Positions 8,605-17,943 are shown, numbered from the stretch's first letter. The stretch: DNA of 64,000 bases from a virus (IMGVR_UViG_3300032144_000385:4766-68765), one strand, 5' to 3'. Numbers and translations are program-made. Notes: generated from the sequence alone by a model not told the origin.

Positions 8605-8988
8605 TCAGAAGGCCGTGTCCGGCGGGGCCTCGGGCTGCTCGGTCGTCGTCGGCTCGGGCTGCTCGTCCGCGGTCTTGGACCGGCCGGCGAACTCCCAGTC
8701 CGTCACGACCAGCTTGGTCCGGCGGCGCTTCTCGCCGCGCGAGTCGGTCCACTCGTTGTCCTCGAGGTGGCCGATCAGCATCGCGGGGCTCCCCTTGGCG
8801 TGGTAGCGCGCGAAGGCCTCGCCCCGCTTGCCCCACACGGAGAACTCAAGGAACAGGGCCCGCTGCTCGCCGGACTTCGGCGCGCGGCGGTTGTTCGCGA
8901 TGCAGCAGTTGCACACCGGCGTCCCGTCCGCGGTGAAGCGGATCTCGGGGTCGCGGGCGAGGTGGCCGTCCAGGATCAGGAGGTTCAC
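8605..8988 (-). CDS. ssb: single-stranded DNA-binding protein
   Basis: GHLARDPEIRFTADGTPV...FSVWGKRGE...KGS...GHL...WTD..GEKR..TKLV; acidic tail ending in F. Confidence 0.95.
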   Translation of the reverse strand: MNLLILDGHLARDPEIRFTADGTPVCNCCIANNRRAPKSGEQRALFLEFSVWGKRGEAFARYHAKGSPAMLIGHLEDNEWTDSRGEKRRRTKLVVTDWEFAGRSKTADEQPEPTTTEQPEAPPDTAF

Positions 8989-8992
8989 GGGA

Positions 8993-9190
8993 TCACCGGC
9001 TCTTGGGGCGGCCGACCTTCCGGGGCTTGGCGCCCTCGTCGACCGCGACCTTGCGGATCGTGTCCGTGCACACGCCGTAGTCCGCGGCGATCTCGAGCAG
9101 GGGTTCCCCCTCCTCGTAGCGGCGGCGGATGCTCGTCCGCGACTCGTGGTGGGTGATCTTGTTCGGGGTCATGCCCTTCGTTCCGCTCAT
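8993..9190 (-). CDS. small HTH DNA-binding protein
   Basis: IRRRYEEGEPLLEIAADYGVCTDTIRKV. Confidence 0.75.
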   Translation of the reverse strand: MSGTKGMTPNKITHHESRTSIRRRYEEGEPLLEIAADYGVCTDTIRKVAVDEGAKPRKVGRPKSR

Positions 9191-9191
9191 G

Positions 9192-9437
9192 TCAGCTCTC
9201 CTTGGCGGGGATGAACCCGGCCTGTCTTCGGTTTCTCTCCGCGGCGTTCTCGACGGTGACGATGGTTGCCCGGACCGCCGCGTCCTTGGCCTCGAGCAAC
9301 CGCAGGAGCGCGACCTCGCGCTCCGTGGAATCCTCGCACCGCTCCAGCAGGATCGCCGCGAGCTCGGTGAACGGTCGCACCACGTCCTGCAGGTGCGGGG
9401 GCAGGTGGGAGCACAGGAACCAGCGCATGCCCATCAC
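9192..9437 (-). CDS. HLPPHL-family small helical protein, possible Acb2/Tad1-like nucleotide sponge
   Basis: WFLCSHLPPHLQDVVRPFTELA...EREVALLRLLEAKDAAVRA. Confidence 0.55.
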   Translation of the reverse strand: MMGMRWFLCSHLPPHLQDVVRPFTELAAILLERCEDSTEREVALLRLLEAKDAAVRATIVTVENAAERNRRQAGFIPAKES

Positions 9438-10207
9438 GCGGCACCCTCGATCTGGTGCAGGAGGTCCAGCCCCGGCGAGCCCGTGCGCTCGTACGCCTCC
9501 TCGGCGCACCGGGCGGCGAGGCGCAGGATCCCGTCGCGCTCGCTGCCACGGGAGAGCGCGCCGACCAGCGCGGGGAGGCTGGCGAGGTCCACGCACAGGT
9601 CGATGTGCGTCTGCTCGACGGTCCCGGCGACGTCGAACCCGAGGGTGACGGCCTTCACGCGCTGCGCCTCGACCGCGCTGATCGTCCTACATACGTCGGC
9701 CAGGCCTCGGTAGAAATCCACCGGCTCGAAGTCGGCCCAGTTCCCGCTGGCGTGATCGACCTCGTAGGCGGCGGCGCCGAGGGCCGCCTCGGAGCCCTCG
9801 GTCTCGCACCGCCTCGCGGCCGCTCGCAGCGCCGCGGCGTGGTCCTCGTCTATTGCCGCCATGGCCTCGAGCCCCGCGGGGACCACGCGCCGGATCGTGA
9901 GCTCGACCAGCTGCTCCACCCAGGGACCGCGGTCCGCGCCGCGCGTCCCGAGCTGCAGCACGGCGACGCGGCGCAGCCCCGCCGCCCGCGCGGCCGGGGA
10001 CGACCACTGGGAGTCGTTCAGCGTGATCTTGAACCAGCGGTCCGGGTTGGACACGCACTCCGGGTCGTCCCCGTGCGGCAGGCCGAGCGCGAAGCACACG
10101 GCGGCCTCGACGCACATCTTGCCGGGCTCGGGCGCGCCCACGCCGCACACGAGCCCGTGGTCCACGATCTCCAGGACGCGCTGCGCCTGCTCAACGGTGA
10201 TCTTCAT
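9434..10207 (-). CDS. phage protein, paralog of the 7463-8185 N-terminal domain
   Basis: PGKMCVEAAVCFALGLPHGDDPECV...ITLND. Confidence 0.8.
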   Translation of the reverse strand: MKITVEQAQRVLEIVDHGLVCGVGAPEPGKMCVEAAVCFALGLPHGDDPECVSNPDRWFKITLNDSQWSSPAARAAGLRRVAVLQLGTRGADRGPWVEQLVELTIRRVVPAGLEAMAAIDEDHAAALRAAARRCETEGSEAALGAAAYEVDHASGNWADFEPVDFYRGLADVCRTISAVEAQRVKAVTLGFDVAGTVEQTHIDLCVDLASLPALVGALSRGSERDGILRLAARCAEEAYERTGSPGLDLLHQIEGAA

Positions 10208-10214
10208 CGAGATT

Positions 10215-10262
10215 ACGATATCGGGTTCTGCCCCCGGGGGCCAGCGGAAAAACCGGGAATCA
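10215..10262 (-). promoter_or_regulatory. Putative leaderless promoter (CCCGATATCGT)
   Basis: Third copy of the CCCGATAT core, 7 nt before ATG 10207, with a degenerate upstream element. Confidence 0.45.
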
Positions 10263-10637
10263 GTCCTCGACCACCGCCCGGTAGGCGGAGGCGTACGCGA
10301 CCCCCCAGGCGGGGCCGTGGTCCTGCAGCTGCGAGTGGTCGGAGTGCCACGCCATGCAGTGCGCCCACTCGTGGATCAGGGTCTCGCGCGCGTCCAGGGC
10401 CGAGATCCGCCGCGGCCGGCGCGCGCCGCGCTCGTAGTACCGCTCGCGCACCACGATCCGGAACCCGTCCTCCTCGGGCCCGACGTAGGACCAGCCGATC
10501 AGCTCGCCCCCGTCCCCGAACCGGGGCGGGGCGCGGCGGTCGAGGACGACCCGGATCGGGAGGACGAGGGGGCACTCGGCACGCAGGGCGAGCACCGTGC
10601 GGCGCCAGACCTGCGCCAGGTGGGCGGCGCGGGTCAC
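10260..10637 (-). CDS. HExxH zincin-like (SprT-like) metallopeptidase
   Basis: TLIHEWAHCMAW...DHGPAWGVAYASAYRAVVE. Confidence 0.75.
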   Translation of the reverse strand: MTRAAHLAQVWRRTVLALRAECPLVLPIRVVLDRRAPPRFGDGGELIGWSYVGPEEDGFRIVVRERYYERGARRPRRISALDARETLIHEWAHCMAWHSDHSQLQDHGPAWGVAYASAYRAVVED

Positions 10638-11950
10638 CGGCGGACCGTCTTCCAGCGCCGGCGCCAGAACGCGCGCGTCTCCTCGAGGCCCGAGGGGAGG
10701 CCCCGGGGCTGCTCGAGGTACCAGCCGTGCGCCATGGCGGCGCCGCCGCTCACGGGGACGGGGGTGAGCTGCAGGGCCTTGCCGCAGGTCTCGAGGACCC
10801 CCCACCCGCGCGACCAGGCCGGGAACGGGCCGGGGACGTAGTGGCGCGCCGCGGCGTCGATCACGCCGCCGGGGAGGCAGAGCCACTGGCGGTCGCGCAG
10901 CGCGAAGGTGGACCCGATGGCGAGCTGGTGGCGGTGGACGTGGCCGGAGACCCCGCTCTCGCCCCAGGAGTGGAGCTCCGCGTGCGCGGGGTGCGCGCCG
11001 GTGCGAGTGCCGTGGGTCACGAGGACCCGGTCCCAGAGGCGCAGCGCGGGGCGCTGGTCCTCGCCGGGGGCGAGGAACGAGCCGGAGGGCGCCAGCTCCA
11101 CGTCGAGGTCCGCGAGGTCGAGCAGCTGGTCGATCCGCATGGACCGCAGGTTCGCGAGCGCGGGGGCCACCTGGGTCAGGTAGGACACCATGCGCGCCCA
11201 GAAGTGGTTGTCGGGGACGAGCACGAACCGCGCCCGGGGGCACCGCTCGCGCATCTCGACCATCATGGCCCGCTGGCAGTCGAGCTCCTCCTGCAGCGAG
11301 ACCGTGAACCCGGGGACCTTGGGGTGCCGGCTGATCTCGGAGCCGTCGACGTGGTCGCCGACCCACAGCACGGCGTCTGGCTGCGCGTGCTCGGCGAACT
11401 CGAGCAGCGAGAGCCAGGAGAAGGGGTCGCAGAGGAGCGAGTGCGTGTCGCCGATGGCGACCGCCAGGCGGGAGCCGGACGTCGCGCGCGTCAGCTCGGG
11501 GTGCTTGTCGGCGTGCGGCAGGAGCCAGCGGCGCCAGTAGCGCTCGGAGTGCTCCGCGATCGAGCGCTCCGTGCGCGCGGCGAGCAGGCGGCGGTCGCCC
11601 GGGGCCTGGCTGAGGCCGGCCATCTGCTTGACGTGCTCGAACCGGCCGTGCTCGAGCAGGAACTCGATCGGGTAGCGACCGTAGAGCTCGTAGCGGCGCC
11701 GCGAGACGGCGCGGAACTTGTGCCAGGGGTTGGTCGCGGCGTCCTCGGCCACGCGCACCACGTCCGCGAGGACGTCCTCGATCGAGGGGCGGGCCTTGCG
11801 CTTCCCGGCGGCCTCGCGCGCGCGGCGCGCCTCCTCGCGCGCCTTGCGGTCCTGCAGCTTCTGCAGCTCGCGCGGGTTCTCGATGACCTTCTCGGGGGCG
11901 GCGAGCAGGGTCTCGGCGAGCGGCGCCCTCTTACGTGACTTCCCAGCCAA
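10634..11950 (-). CDS. calcineurin-like metallophosphoesterase
   Basis: GDTH, GDHVD, DNH, VTHG and GHVH motifs in order. Confidence 0.9.
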   Translation of the reverse strand: MAGKSRKRAPLAETLLAAPEKVIENPRELQKLQDRKAREEARRAREAAGKRKARPSIEDVLADVVRVAEDAATNPWHKFRAVSRRRYELYGRYPIEFLLEHGRFEHVKQMAGLSQAPGDRRLLAARTERSIAEHSERYWRRWLLPHADKHPELTRATSGSRLAVAIGDTHSLLCDPFSWLSLLEFAEHAQPDAVLWVGDHVDGSEISRHPKVPGFTVSLQEELDCQRAMMVEMRERCPRARFVLVPDNHFWARMVSYLTQVAPALANLRSMRIDQLLDLADLDVELAPSGSFLAPGEDQRPALRLWDRVLVTHGTRTGAHPAHAELHSWGESGVSGHVHRHQLAIGSTFALRDRQWLCLPGGVIDAAARHYVPGPFPAWSRGWGVLETCGKALQLTPVPVSGGAAMAHGWYLEQPRGLPSGLEETRAFWRRRWKTVRR

Positions 11951-12206
11951 GGCATTCCTTCATGTGACGGACCAGGGACTTGTAGTCGCGGACCTCGTAG
12001 CCGAGGCCCTTGCGGAGGATCCGGTGGAACGCCTCCCAGGAGGCGAGCGCCTTCCCGGCGCGCCGCGCGCGGTTGTAGGCCGCGCACTCGGCCTCGACGG
12101 CCGCGCGGTGCTGCGAGCGGCAGGTGGAGCACGGGCGCCCCGCGACGCGCTTGGCGGCGGGGGACCGCACGAAGGCGTCGGACAGCGGGGATTTTCTGGG
12201 TGCCAT
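11931..12206 (-). CDS. hypothetical protein, possible Zn-binding (CxxC...H...C)
   Basis: PCSTC...RHMKECLG; first gene after the sigma70-type promoter. Confidence 0.7.
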   Translation of the reverse strand: MAPRKSPLSDAFVRSPAAKRVAGRPCSTCRSQHRAAVEAECAAYNRARRAGKALASWEAFHRILRKGLGYEVRDYKSLVRHMKECLGWEVT

Positions 12207-12214
12207 TGTGGGAG

Positions 12215-12243
12215 AGAATATCCCCCCAGGCCGCCCCCGTCAA
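12215..12243 (-). promoter_or_regulatory. sigma70-type promoter TTGACG-N17-TATTCT
   Basis: -35 at 12238-12243, -10 at 12215-12220, exact 17-nt spacer, 8 nt before ATG 12206. Confidence 0.75.
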
Positions 12244-12800
12244 GGGGTTCGACCGGGCCAGCTCTCGGTCTCGGCCACCGGCCACCAGGTCTCCGGCGGC
12301 AGGACGGCCGGGAGCGCCGGCGCCGGCAGCTCCTCGAGCTGCCCCAGGATGCGCGAGAAGAACGCGGCCGCGCAGTCGCGGTTCCGCGGGTCGTTCCACC
12401 ACCGCGAGCGCCCGCTCGGGTGCGGGGCGATCCACGCGCGGCAGGCGCCCCACCCGCCGCGGTCGTCCGGGACGACGGGGTAGGCGGAGGAGAAGTAGGG
12501 CGCCGGGTGCAGCGCGTCCAGGGCGGGGTGCATCCCCGCGAAGGCGCGCGCGACGCGCCGGCCGAGGAGCACGACCTCGCGGCCGGCCAGCACGGTCCGG
12601 AAGAGCTCGCGGGCGCGCTCGCGTGCCGCGGCGGCCGGCCACTCGTCGGCGGGCCCCATGGACCGCGCGAGGAGGTTCAGGGCGTCGAAGCCCCGGCCGC
12701 GGAGCAGCCGGTCGAGGCGCGCGCCGGAGCGGGTGCGGGGCCCGAGGGCGGCGGCCGCCAGGTCCGCGGCCGCCTCGCCGATCAGGAGCGGCCGGATCAC
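12240..12800 (-). CDS. uracil-DNA glycosylase superfamily protein
   Basis: LLIGEA...ALNL...VVLLGRRVA...PHPSGRSRWWN. Confidence 0.75.
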   Translation of the reverse strand: MIRPLLIGEAAADLAAAALGPRTRSGARLDRLLRGRGFDALNLLARSMGPADEWPAAAARERARELFRTVLAGREVVLLGRRVARAFAGMHPALDALHPAPYFSSAYPVVPDDRGGWGACRAWIAPHPSGRSRWWNDPRNRDCAAAFFSRILGQLEELPAPALPAVLPPETWWPVAETESWPGRTP

Positions 12801-13036
12801 GGCTCGCTCCAGGGGCGCAGGACGTTCCTGTCGGGCGGCCATACCCGCGAGCAGCAGAACACGCGCGAGAGGTCGAAGCCCGGCCAGCGGAGCTGGCAGG
12901 CGCCCTCGGCGAGGGCGACCGCGTCGTCCGGGTCCGCGGCGGCCACGAACACCTCGCGCAGGAACCCCGCCAGCGCGTTGCCGCGCGGCCGGATCAGGAC
13001 CTTCACGCGCCAGGTCTGGAGGATGATCGGTCTCAC
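12797..13036 (-). CDS. hypothetical protein
   Basis: MRPIILQTWRVKVLIR...; GTGA overlaps on both sides. Confidence 0.6.
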   Translation of the reverse strand: MRPIILQTWRVKVLIRPRGNALAGFLREVFVAAADPDDAVALAEGACQLRWPGFDLSRVFCCSRVWPPDRNVLRPWSEP

Positions 13037-13650
13037 CGGTGCCCCTCCCGCGAGATCGGGACGATCAGGCCGGTGGGCCCGCCGCCCTCGGCCGGCTCGA
13101 CCAGCACGCCGACGGTGTCGGCGAGGCGCGCCCAGTCCCTGTGCGAGCTCCCCGCGGTCAGCGGGATCCGCAGCCGCAGGCCCTCGCGCCCGCAGCCCAG
13201 CGCCCGCGACAGGCGGTGCAGGGCCTCGGGGTCGAGGATCAGGTCCACGACCTGGAAGACCCCGTACTCGGCCTCCGCCTGCTCGAGCATCGCGTCCACG
13301 GGCGGCCGCTCGGCCCCCGCGGCGGCCTCGGGCGGCCGGAAGTGCATGGAGGGGCGCCGCTCGCCGGCGCACGCCACCTGCTCGCCGAACGAGAGCCGCA
13401 GGGTCCCGTGCCCGGTGGACCCGCGGGAGGCCTCGGCCCAGGCGCGCGTCGAGAGCGCCGCCCCGGGGATGATCTCCTCGCCGGGCTCCGCCTCGACCAG
13501 GCCCGGCCCGACGGGGACGCGCGCGGCCACGACCGCGTCGGTCGCCACCACGGCCCCGCCGCGGTCCGACACGCGGACGACGTCGAGGTGCATCTCGGGC
13601 GTGTCCTCGCCGGCGGCGAGGTGTAGTTCCAGGCGCTTCGGGATCCTCAC
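13033..13650 (-). CDS. beta-clamp-like protein corresponding to DnaN domains II-III
   Basis: AAGEDTPEMHLDVVRV...VVATDAVVAARV...P.VD...LILDPEAL...GLIVPI parallels DnaN A..D.R..L.GV...VATDG.RLA...YVVMP. Confidence 0.55.
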   Translation of the reverse strand: MRIPKRLELHLAAGEDTPEMHLDVVRVSDRGGAVVATDAVVAARVPVGPGLVEAEPGEEIIPGAALSTRAWAEASRGSTGHGTLRLSFGEQVACAGERRPSMHFRPPEAAAGAERPPVDAMLEQAEAEYGVFQVVDLILDPEALHRLSRALGCGREGLRLRIPLTAGSSHRDWARLADTVGVLVEPAEGGGPTGLIVPISREGHR

Positions 13651-13973
13651 AGCGGTCCCTCCCACTTGCGGCCGTAGAGGATCTCGACCCGCTGCTGCAG
13701 CGCCGCCACGCGGCGGCGCCACGCGGCGCCCCGGCGGGGGCGCGACGCCTCCATGTCGCCGAGCTCGGCGATGATCGTGCGCGCGAGGGCCTCGGCTCGG
13801 CCGGGGTCCTCCGGCGTCGGCACCGCGCAGAGCGGGTGCCGGGTCGGCGCGCAGCGCAGGACGACGCAGTCCGCGGTCGTGACCACGCGGTCCCGCTTCC
13901 CGGTCTGGCGCGGCGCGCGCTCGTCCTCGAGCCGCGACAGCGACTCGACGATCCAGCTGCGGCCCCCGATCAC
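13647..13973 (-). CDS. hypothetical protein
   Basis: Track ORF with coupled overlaps. Confidence 0.65.
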   Translation of the reverse strand: MIGGRSWIVESLSRLEDERAPRQTGKRDRVVTTADCVVLRCAPTRHPLCAVPTPEDPGRAEALARTIIAELGDMEASRPRRGAAWRRRVAALQQRVEILYGRKWEGPL

Positions 13974-14527
13974 AGGCCCACCCCCACCGAGATCGCGAGA
14001 GCGCCGCGGTCGAGGTCCTGCTCCTCGGGGTTGTCCCCGAGGGCGCCCTCGACGCCGAACGTGTGCCGGTACTCAAGGCCGAGCCGGAGCTTCCCGAGCA
14101 CGAGCTCGACCCCGGCGCAGGCGTAGAGGCCCGTCAGGAACTCGTCGGCCGAGCCGGCCGCGCCGTCCTCGAGGTGCACGTAGGTCCCGGCCACGCCGAG
14201 CCCGAGGTAGGGCTGGTAGGCCGGCGAGAAGGAGGTCGGGTAGAGGCGCGCGCCGAGGTCGAGCTCCGCCGCGCCGCCGTCGACGAGGTCGGAGTCCATC
14301 GACGTGAGGCGCACGGCCGCGTCGCCGACCCAGCCCTGGAGGGGCTCACCCGCCGGGATGTCGTTCTGGAACGTCACCCCCAGCGTCGCCTCCGGGCACG
14401 TCCCGATCTCCTCCGCCTCGTCCGCCGAGAACCGGGTAGCCCCGATGCCCGCGCGCCCAGCCAGGAACCCGGCCGAGCTGCACGAGCTCGCGGCCGCCGT
14501 CAGCGCCAGAACCGCCATGATCTTCAT
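13970..14527 (-). CDS. outer-membrane beta-barrel protein (OmpA/OmpW/Ail-like) with lipoprotein-type signal
   Basis: MKIMAVLALTAAASSC signal; amphipathic strands LDLGARLY, YQPYLGLGVAGTY, GVELVL, LGLEYRH; C-terminal SVGVGL. Confidence 0.8.
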   Translation of the reverse strand: MKIMAVLALTAAASSCSSAGFLAGRAGIGATRFSADEAEEIGTCPEATLGVTFQNDIPAGEPLQGWVGDAAVRLTSMDSDLVDGGAAELDLGARLYPTSFSPAYQPYLGLGVAGTYVHLEDGAAGSADEFLTGLYACAGVELVLGKLRLGLEYRHTFGVEGALGDNPEEQDLDRGALAISVGVGL

Positions 14528-15074
14528 TTCGCGTAGCCTTTCGTTTCGTACCGAGCTTGATCCCGACCCAGGCGTCCAGCGCCCGGGCCATCCGGAACTC
14601 CCCGAACGATACCGGGTATCGGTCCGCGGCGTCGGGGGACTTTCGGGATTTCTTCCGGAACGAAATCCCGAGCTTGCGGGACCGCTCGTACACCGCGAAC
14701 ACCGACCGGCCGAGCTCGGCGGCGAGCTTCGGCATCGTGGTCTCCGCGGCGGCCTCCGCGAGGCGACGGTTCTCGGCCGGGCTCCAGCGGATCCCCACCC
14801 GCGTCGGCTCCGGCGCGGGGACCCCGGCCCGGCGCACGGCCCAGCGCTCGAGCTCGAGCTCGGTGACGCCCAGGGCCTCGGCGAGCAGGGGGGCAGGGAC
14901 GCGCCCGTACCAGGCGCGCGCGTAGTGCTTGTCGATCCCGCGGTCCTCGGCGCGGTCGACCACGCACCAGTCCTGGGGGTGCGCGTCGGCGCAGGCGGGG
15001 CAGCGCTCGAGGCCGCAGCCGGCGCACACGAGCCCGCGGGGCGCCGACCAGGGCGCCCCCCGCCCGCGGATCAT
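14346..15074 (-). CDS. Zn-finger + HTH regulator
   Basis: CAGC..CPAC...H; RWSPAENRRLAE...KLAAELGRSVFAVYER..KLG; 3' end overlaps the OMP gene by 182 nt. Confidence 0.65.
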   Translation of the reverse strand: MIRGRGAPWSAPRGLVCAGCGLERCPACADAHPQDWCVVDRAEDRGIDKHYARAWYGRVPAPLLAEALGVTELELERWAVRRAGVPAPEPTRVGIRWSPAENRRLAEAAAETTMPKLAAELGRSVFAVYERSRKLGISFRKKSRKSPDAADRYPVSFGEFRMARALDAWVGIKLGTKRKATRNEDHGGSGADGGRELVQLGRVPGWARGHRGYPVLGGRGGGDRDVPGGDAGGDVPERHPGG

Positions 15075-15550
15075 CCGCCGGCAGGTGGGGCAGGCTCGCT
15101 GCGGAGGACCGAGTCGAAGGGCGCGCCGGTATCCCTGGACCATCGAACGAACACCTTTCCCGGGACGTTACCCGAGCCTCCCGCCGCGGTGACCGGGCCG
15201 ACCCGGAGCAGCCGGACCTCGGCGTGCTCGAGCACCGATCCCGGCTCCTCGGCCGCGTGGGCCTGGCAGAGTCGCACCGCCGACTCGGCGGCGTCGCGCG
15301 GCGTCGCGGCCGAGAACACCTCCGTCCAGCGGGAGACGTCCGCCGGCCCGTGGCGGATCCCGTAGCTGACCTCGAAGACGTGCGACCGGGTCCAGCCGAG
15401 GCGCCGGAGGAACGCCGGCACGTCCGGCTCCTCGTCGAGCCTGCACGCGCCGAGGAACACCGCCACGAGGTCGCTCCCGGGCGCCGGGTGCGCGTCCCCG
15501 AGCCGGGGGAGCCGCACGACGTCGCCGGGCCTGCGCATCTTCCGCCTCAC
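15071..15550 (-). CDS. hypothetical protein
   Basis: C-terminal part of track ORF 15071..17773; GTG at 15550 overlaps the primase stop. Confidence 0.6.
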   Translation of the reverse strand: MRRKMRRPGDVVRLPRLGDAHPAPGSDLVAVFLGACRLDEEPDVPAFLRRLGWTRSHVFEVSYGIRHGPADVSRWTEVFSAATPRDAAESAVRLCQAHAAEEPGSVLEHAEVRLLRVGPVTAAGGSGNVPGKVFVRWSRDTGAPFDSVLRSEPAPPAGG

Positions 15551-17943
15551 GAGAACGCCTCCTCCCTGGGCCGGTCCTGCAGGAGCTGGCCCTCCGTCCA
15601 CGAGAACTCGCCGCCCATGTACTCGGCCCACCGGCGGCGGGACTCCTCGAGCGTCGGCAGGACGAGGATGCGCGGCCGGTCGACGATCCGGGTCTCCCCG
15701 TCCTCGACCACGACGTGCGCCGGGCGGGCGAGCTGCTGGCGCTCGGCGCCGAGGCGCTCGAGCATGCGCCAGAGGCGCCCGACCCCGATGCGGTGCCCGC
15801 GGCCCCAGCTGCCGGCGTGCGACGTGAAGTCGTGCAGGACCTCGGTCCAGGCGATCCACTGCGGCCACGCCTCGCCCTCGCGGAACTGGCCGGCGCGGAG
15901 CTTCTCGAGCCACCACTCCTGCTCCAGCGGCAGGCTGTGCTCCTTCTGCTCCTGCTCGGCCGCGGTGTGCGGCACGTCGCGGGGCTCGAAGCGCGAGAGG
16001 TCGCGCGTCATGAGGAGGTGGAGGAGCGCCTCCCTCCCGCCCGCGGCGAGCTGCTCGCCGATCGCGCGGAAGTGGGGCTTGTCCTGGCGGTTCCCGTTGC
16101 CGACCTCGAGCACGAGGTAGCGGCGCTCGTGCGGGCCGGCGGGGACCACCCAGTCCTCGTTGGCCGCCATGATGATATGCAGGCAGTTCGCGGCGGTCTC
16201 GGCGGCGCGGAACTTCGCGCGCGCGACGCGGCGGCTCTCGGTGATCAGGCCCTTCAACACGGCCTCGTTCCGCTTGTCTCCGGCGAAGAACGCCTCGTCG
16301 GCGTAGAGGACCACGGTGTCGAGCAGGTGCTCGTTGAAGTCGCCGAACACGTCGCTCGGGCTCGTGATCGGGAAGAAGTGCCGCCCGAACAGCTCGCCGA
16401 AGTTGGTCGCGAAGACGCCCTTGCCGGCGCCGCGCGCGCCGCGCAGCACGATCGCGACGTGCGCCTGGTCCCCGGGGCGCTGCACCGCGCGCGCCATCCA
16501 GGAGAGCAGGTACTCGTAGTGCTCCTCGTTCCCCGCGCAGATGTTGCGCCGGACGTGGTCGAGGTAGAGCGAGCAGTCGCCGGGGACCGCCTCGCACGCG
16601 AAGCCGCGCCAGAGGTTGTACGCGCCCGGCACCGCGCGCCCGGGCGCGAAGAGCATGCGGTCGTACTGGCGGCGCTGCGGGTGGGCGAGCCACCAGCGGC
16701 CGAGGTCGCGCGTCCGCGGGTCGTCGCCCTCCTCGCCGGGGACCTCGACCGTGCGGTTGGAGTACCGGTTGATCATGTCCTCGAAGGTCTGCAGCGAGAA
16801 CACGTCCCGGCCGAGGACCGGGTCGAGGGACTCGGAGATCACGCGGCACTTGCCGCCGACGTCGGCCACGACGGCGTGGCGCGAGTTCAGGTCGGCGAGC
16901 AGCGGGTCGTCCTCCTGCTCGTGGGCGCGCTGGATCTGCTGCAGGGCGTAGCGCTCGGCGCGGCTGCCCTTGTCGAGGACGGACTCGCTGATCCCGAAGT
17001 CGGGGTCGGTGATCACCGAGTACACGACGTCGTCGGACACCCCGCTCCGGAGCAGGGAGCACACGACCCAGAACAGAGGCTCGGAGCGGCTCTTCCACCG
17101 CCGCGGGTGGTCGGGGTCGTGGCCGCGGTTGATCACGACCTTCACCCCGCCCGGCACGGTCTCGGGCAGCTCGTCGAGCGAGAGCAGGCGCTGGACGTTC
17201 GCCGTCTCGACCCGCCGCGGCGCCGGGGCCGGGAAGGTGGCGTCGCCCTCGCCCTGCCGGGGGGCGGCGGGCGTGAACGCGGACAGCGGGTGCGAGAGGT
17301 CCCAGTCGGCGGCGGCGACGCGCGCCACCGCGGGCGCGCGCCCGGCCGCGCGCTTCTTCGCGTCCGGCCAGTTGACCGTGCCCGGGAGGCGCATGAGCCG
17401 GTCGACGTTGTGGCAGTTGTCGCCGCCGAGGACCACCTCGAGCTGGATGTTCCAGCGCGCGGCCTCCTCGTAGGCCTCGGGCCGGCCGCCGACGTCCACG
17501 GGCTCGGCGAGGCGCCAGAGCATCTGGTAGCCGCCGCCGGAGTCGACGAGGACCGTAGGCCGCGGGAGGAAGGCCGGCCACCGGTCCCCGACCAGGGCCT
17601 CGATCCGCGCGCGCTCCTCGGCGAGGGGCTTCCGCTTGTCGGGGTCCACGTCGACGTGGAGCCACTCGAGGGCCGCCACGTCCTCGCGCGAGGGCTTCCG
17701 CGCCACCGGGCGCAGGAGCGGGTTCACGGTCCAGTAGAGGTTGCGCCCCGCGGCGTTCTCGCGCTCGATCCACGCGCGCGCCTCGTTCCCCTCGCGGGTC
17801 GCGAAGCTGCGCACCCGGATCTTGTCGGGGTCGCCGGTCGGGAGGTCGGGGTCGATGCGCGCCAGCGCCCAGAACCCCTCGGGGCGGACGCGGCGCAGGA
17901 AGTCGACCGCGGCCTGGGGGTCAGGGGTCGTCGGGGAAGTCAC
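15547..17943 (-). CDS. primase-helicase (RepB-like AEP primase + SF3/NrS-1-type DUF5906 helicase)
   Basis: HVDVD, LVDSGGGYQMLWRL, RLMRLPGTVN; Walker A GARGAGKG, Walker B LYADE. Confidence 0.92.
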   Translation of the reverse strand: MTSPTTPDPQAAVDFLRRVRPEGFWALARIDPDLPTGDPDKIRVRSFATREGNEARAWIERENAAGRNLYWTVNPLLRPVARKPSREDVAALEWLHVDVDPDKRKPLAEERARIEALVGDRWPAFLPRPTVLVDSGGGYQMLWRLAEPVDVGGRPEAYEEAARWNIQLEVVLGGDNCHNVDRLMRLPGTVNWPDAKKRAAGRAPAVARVAAADWDLSHPLSAFTPAAPRQGEGDATFPAPAPRRVETANVQRLLSLDELPETVPGGVKVVINRGHDPDHPRRWKSRSEPLFWVVCSLLRSGVSDDVVYSVITDPDFGISESVLDKGSRAERYALQQIQRAHEQEDDPLLADLNSRHAVVADVGGKCRVISESLDPVLGRDVFSLQTFEDMINRYSNRTVEVPGEEGDDPRTRDLGRWWLAHPQRRQYDRMLFAPGRAVPGAYNLWRGFACEAVPGDCSLYLDHVRRNICAGNEEHYEYLLSWMARAVQRPGDQAHVAIVLRGARGAGKGVFATNFGELFGRHFFPITSPSDVFGDFNEHLLDTVVLYADEAFFAGDKRNEAVLKGLITESRRVARAKFRAAETAANCLHIIMAANEDWVVPAGPHERRYLVLEVGNGNRQDKPHFRAIGEQLAAGGREALLHLLMTRDLSRFEPRDVPHTAAEQEQKEHSLPLEQEWWLEKLRAGQFREGEAWPQWIAWTEVLHDFTSHAGSWGRGHRIGVGRLWRMLERLGAERQQLARPAHVVVEDGETRIVDRPRILVLPTLEESRRRWAEYMGGEFSWTEGQLLQDRPREEAFS

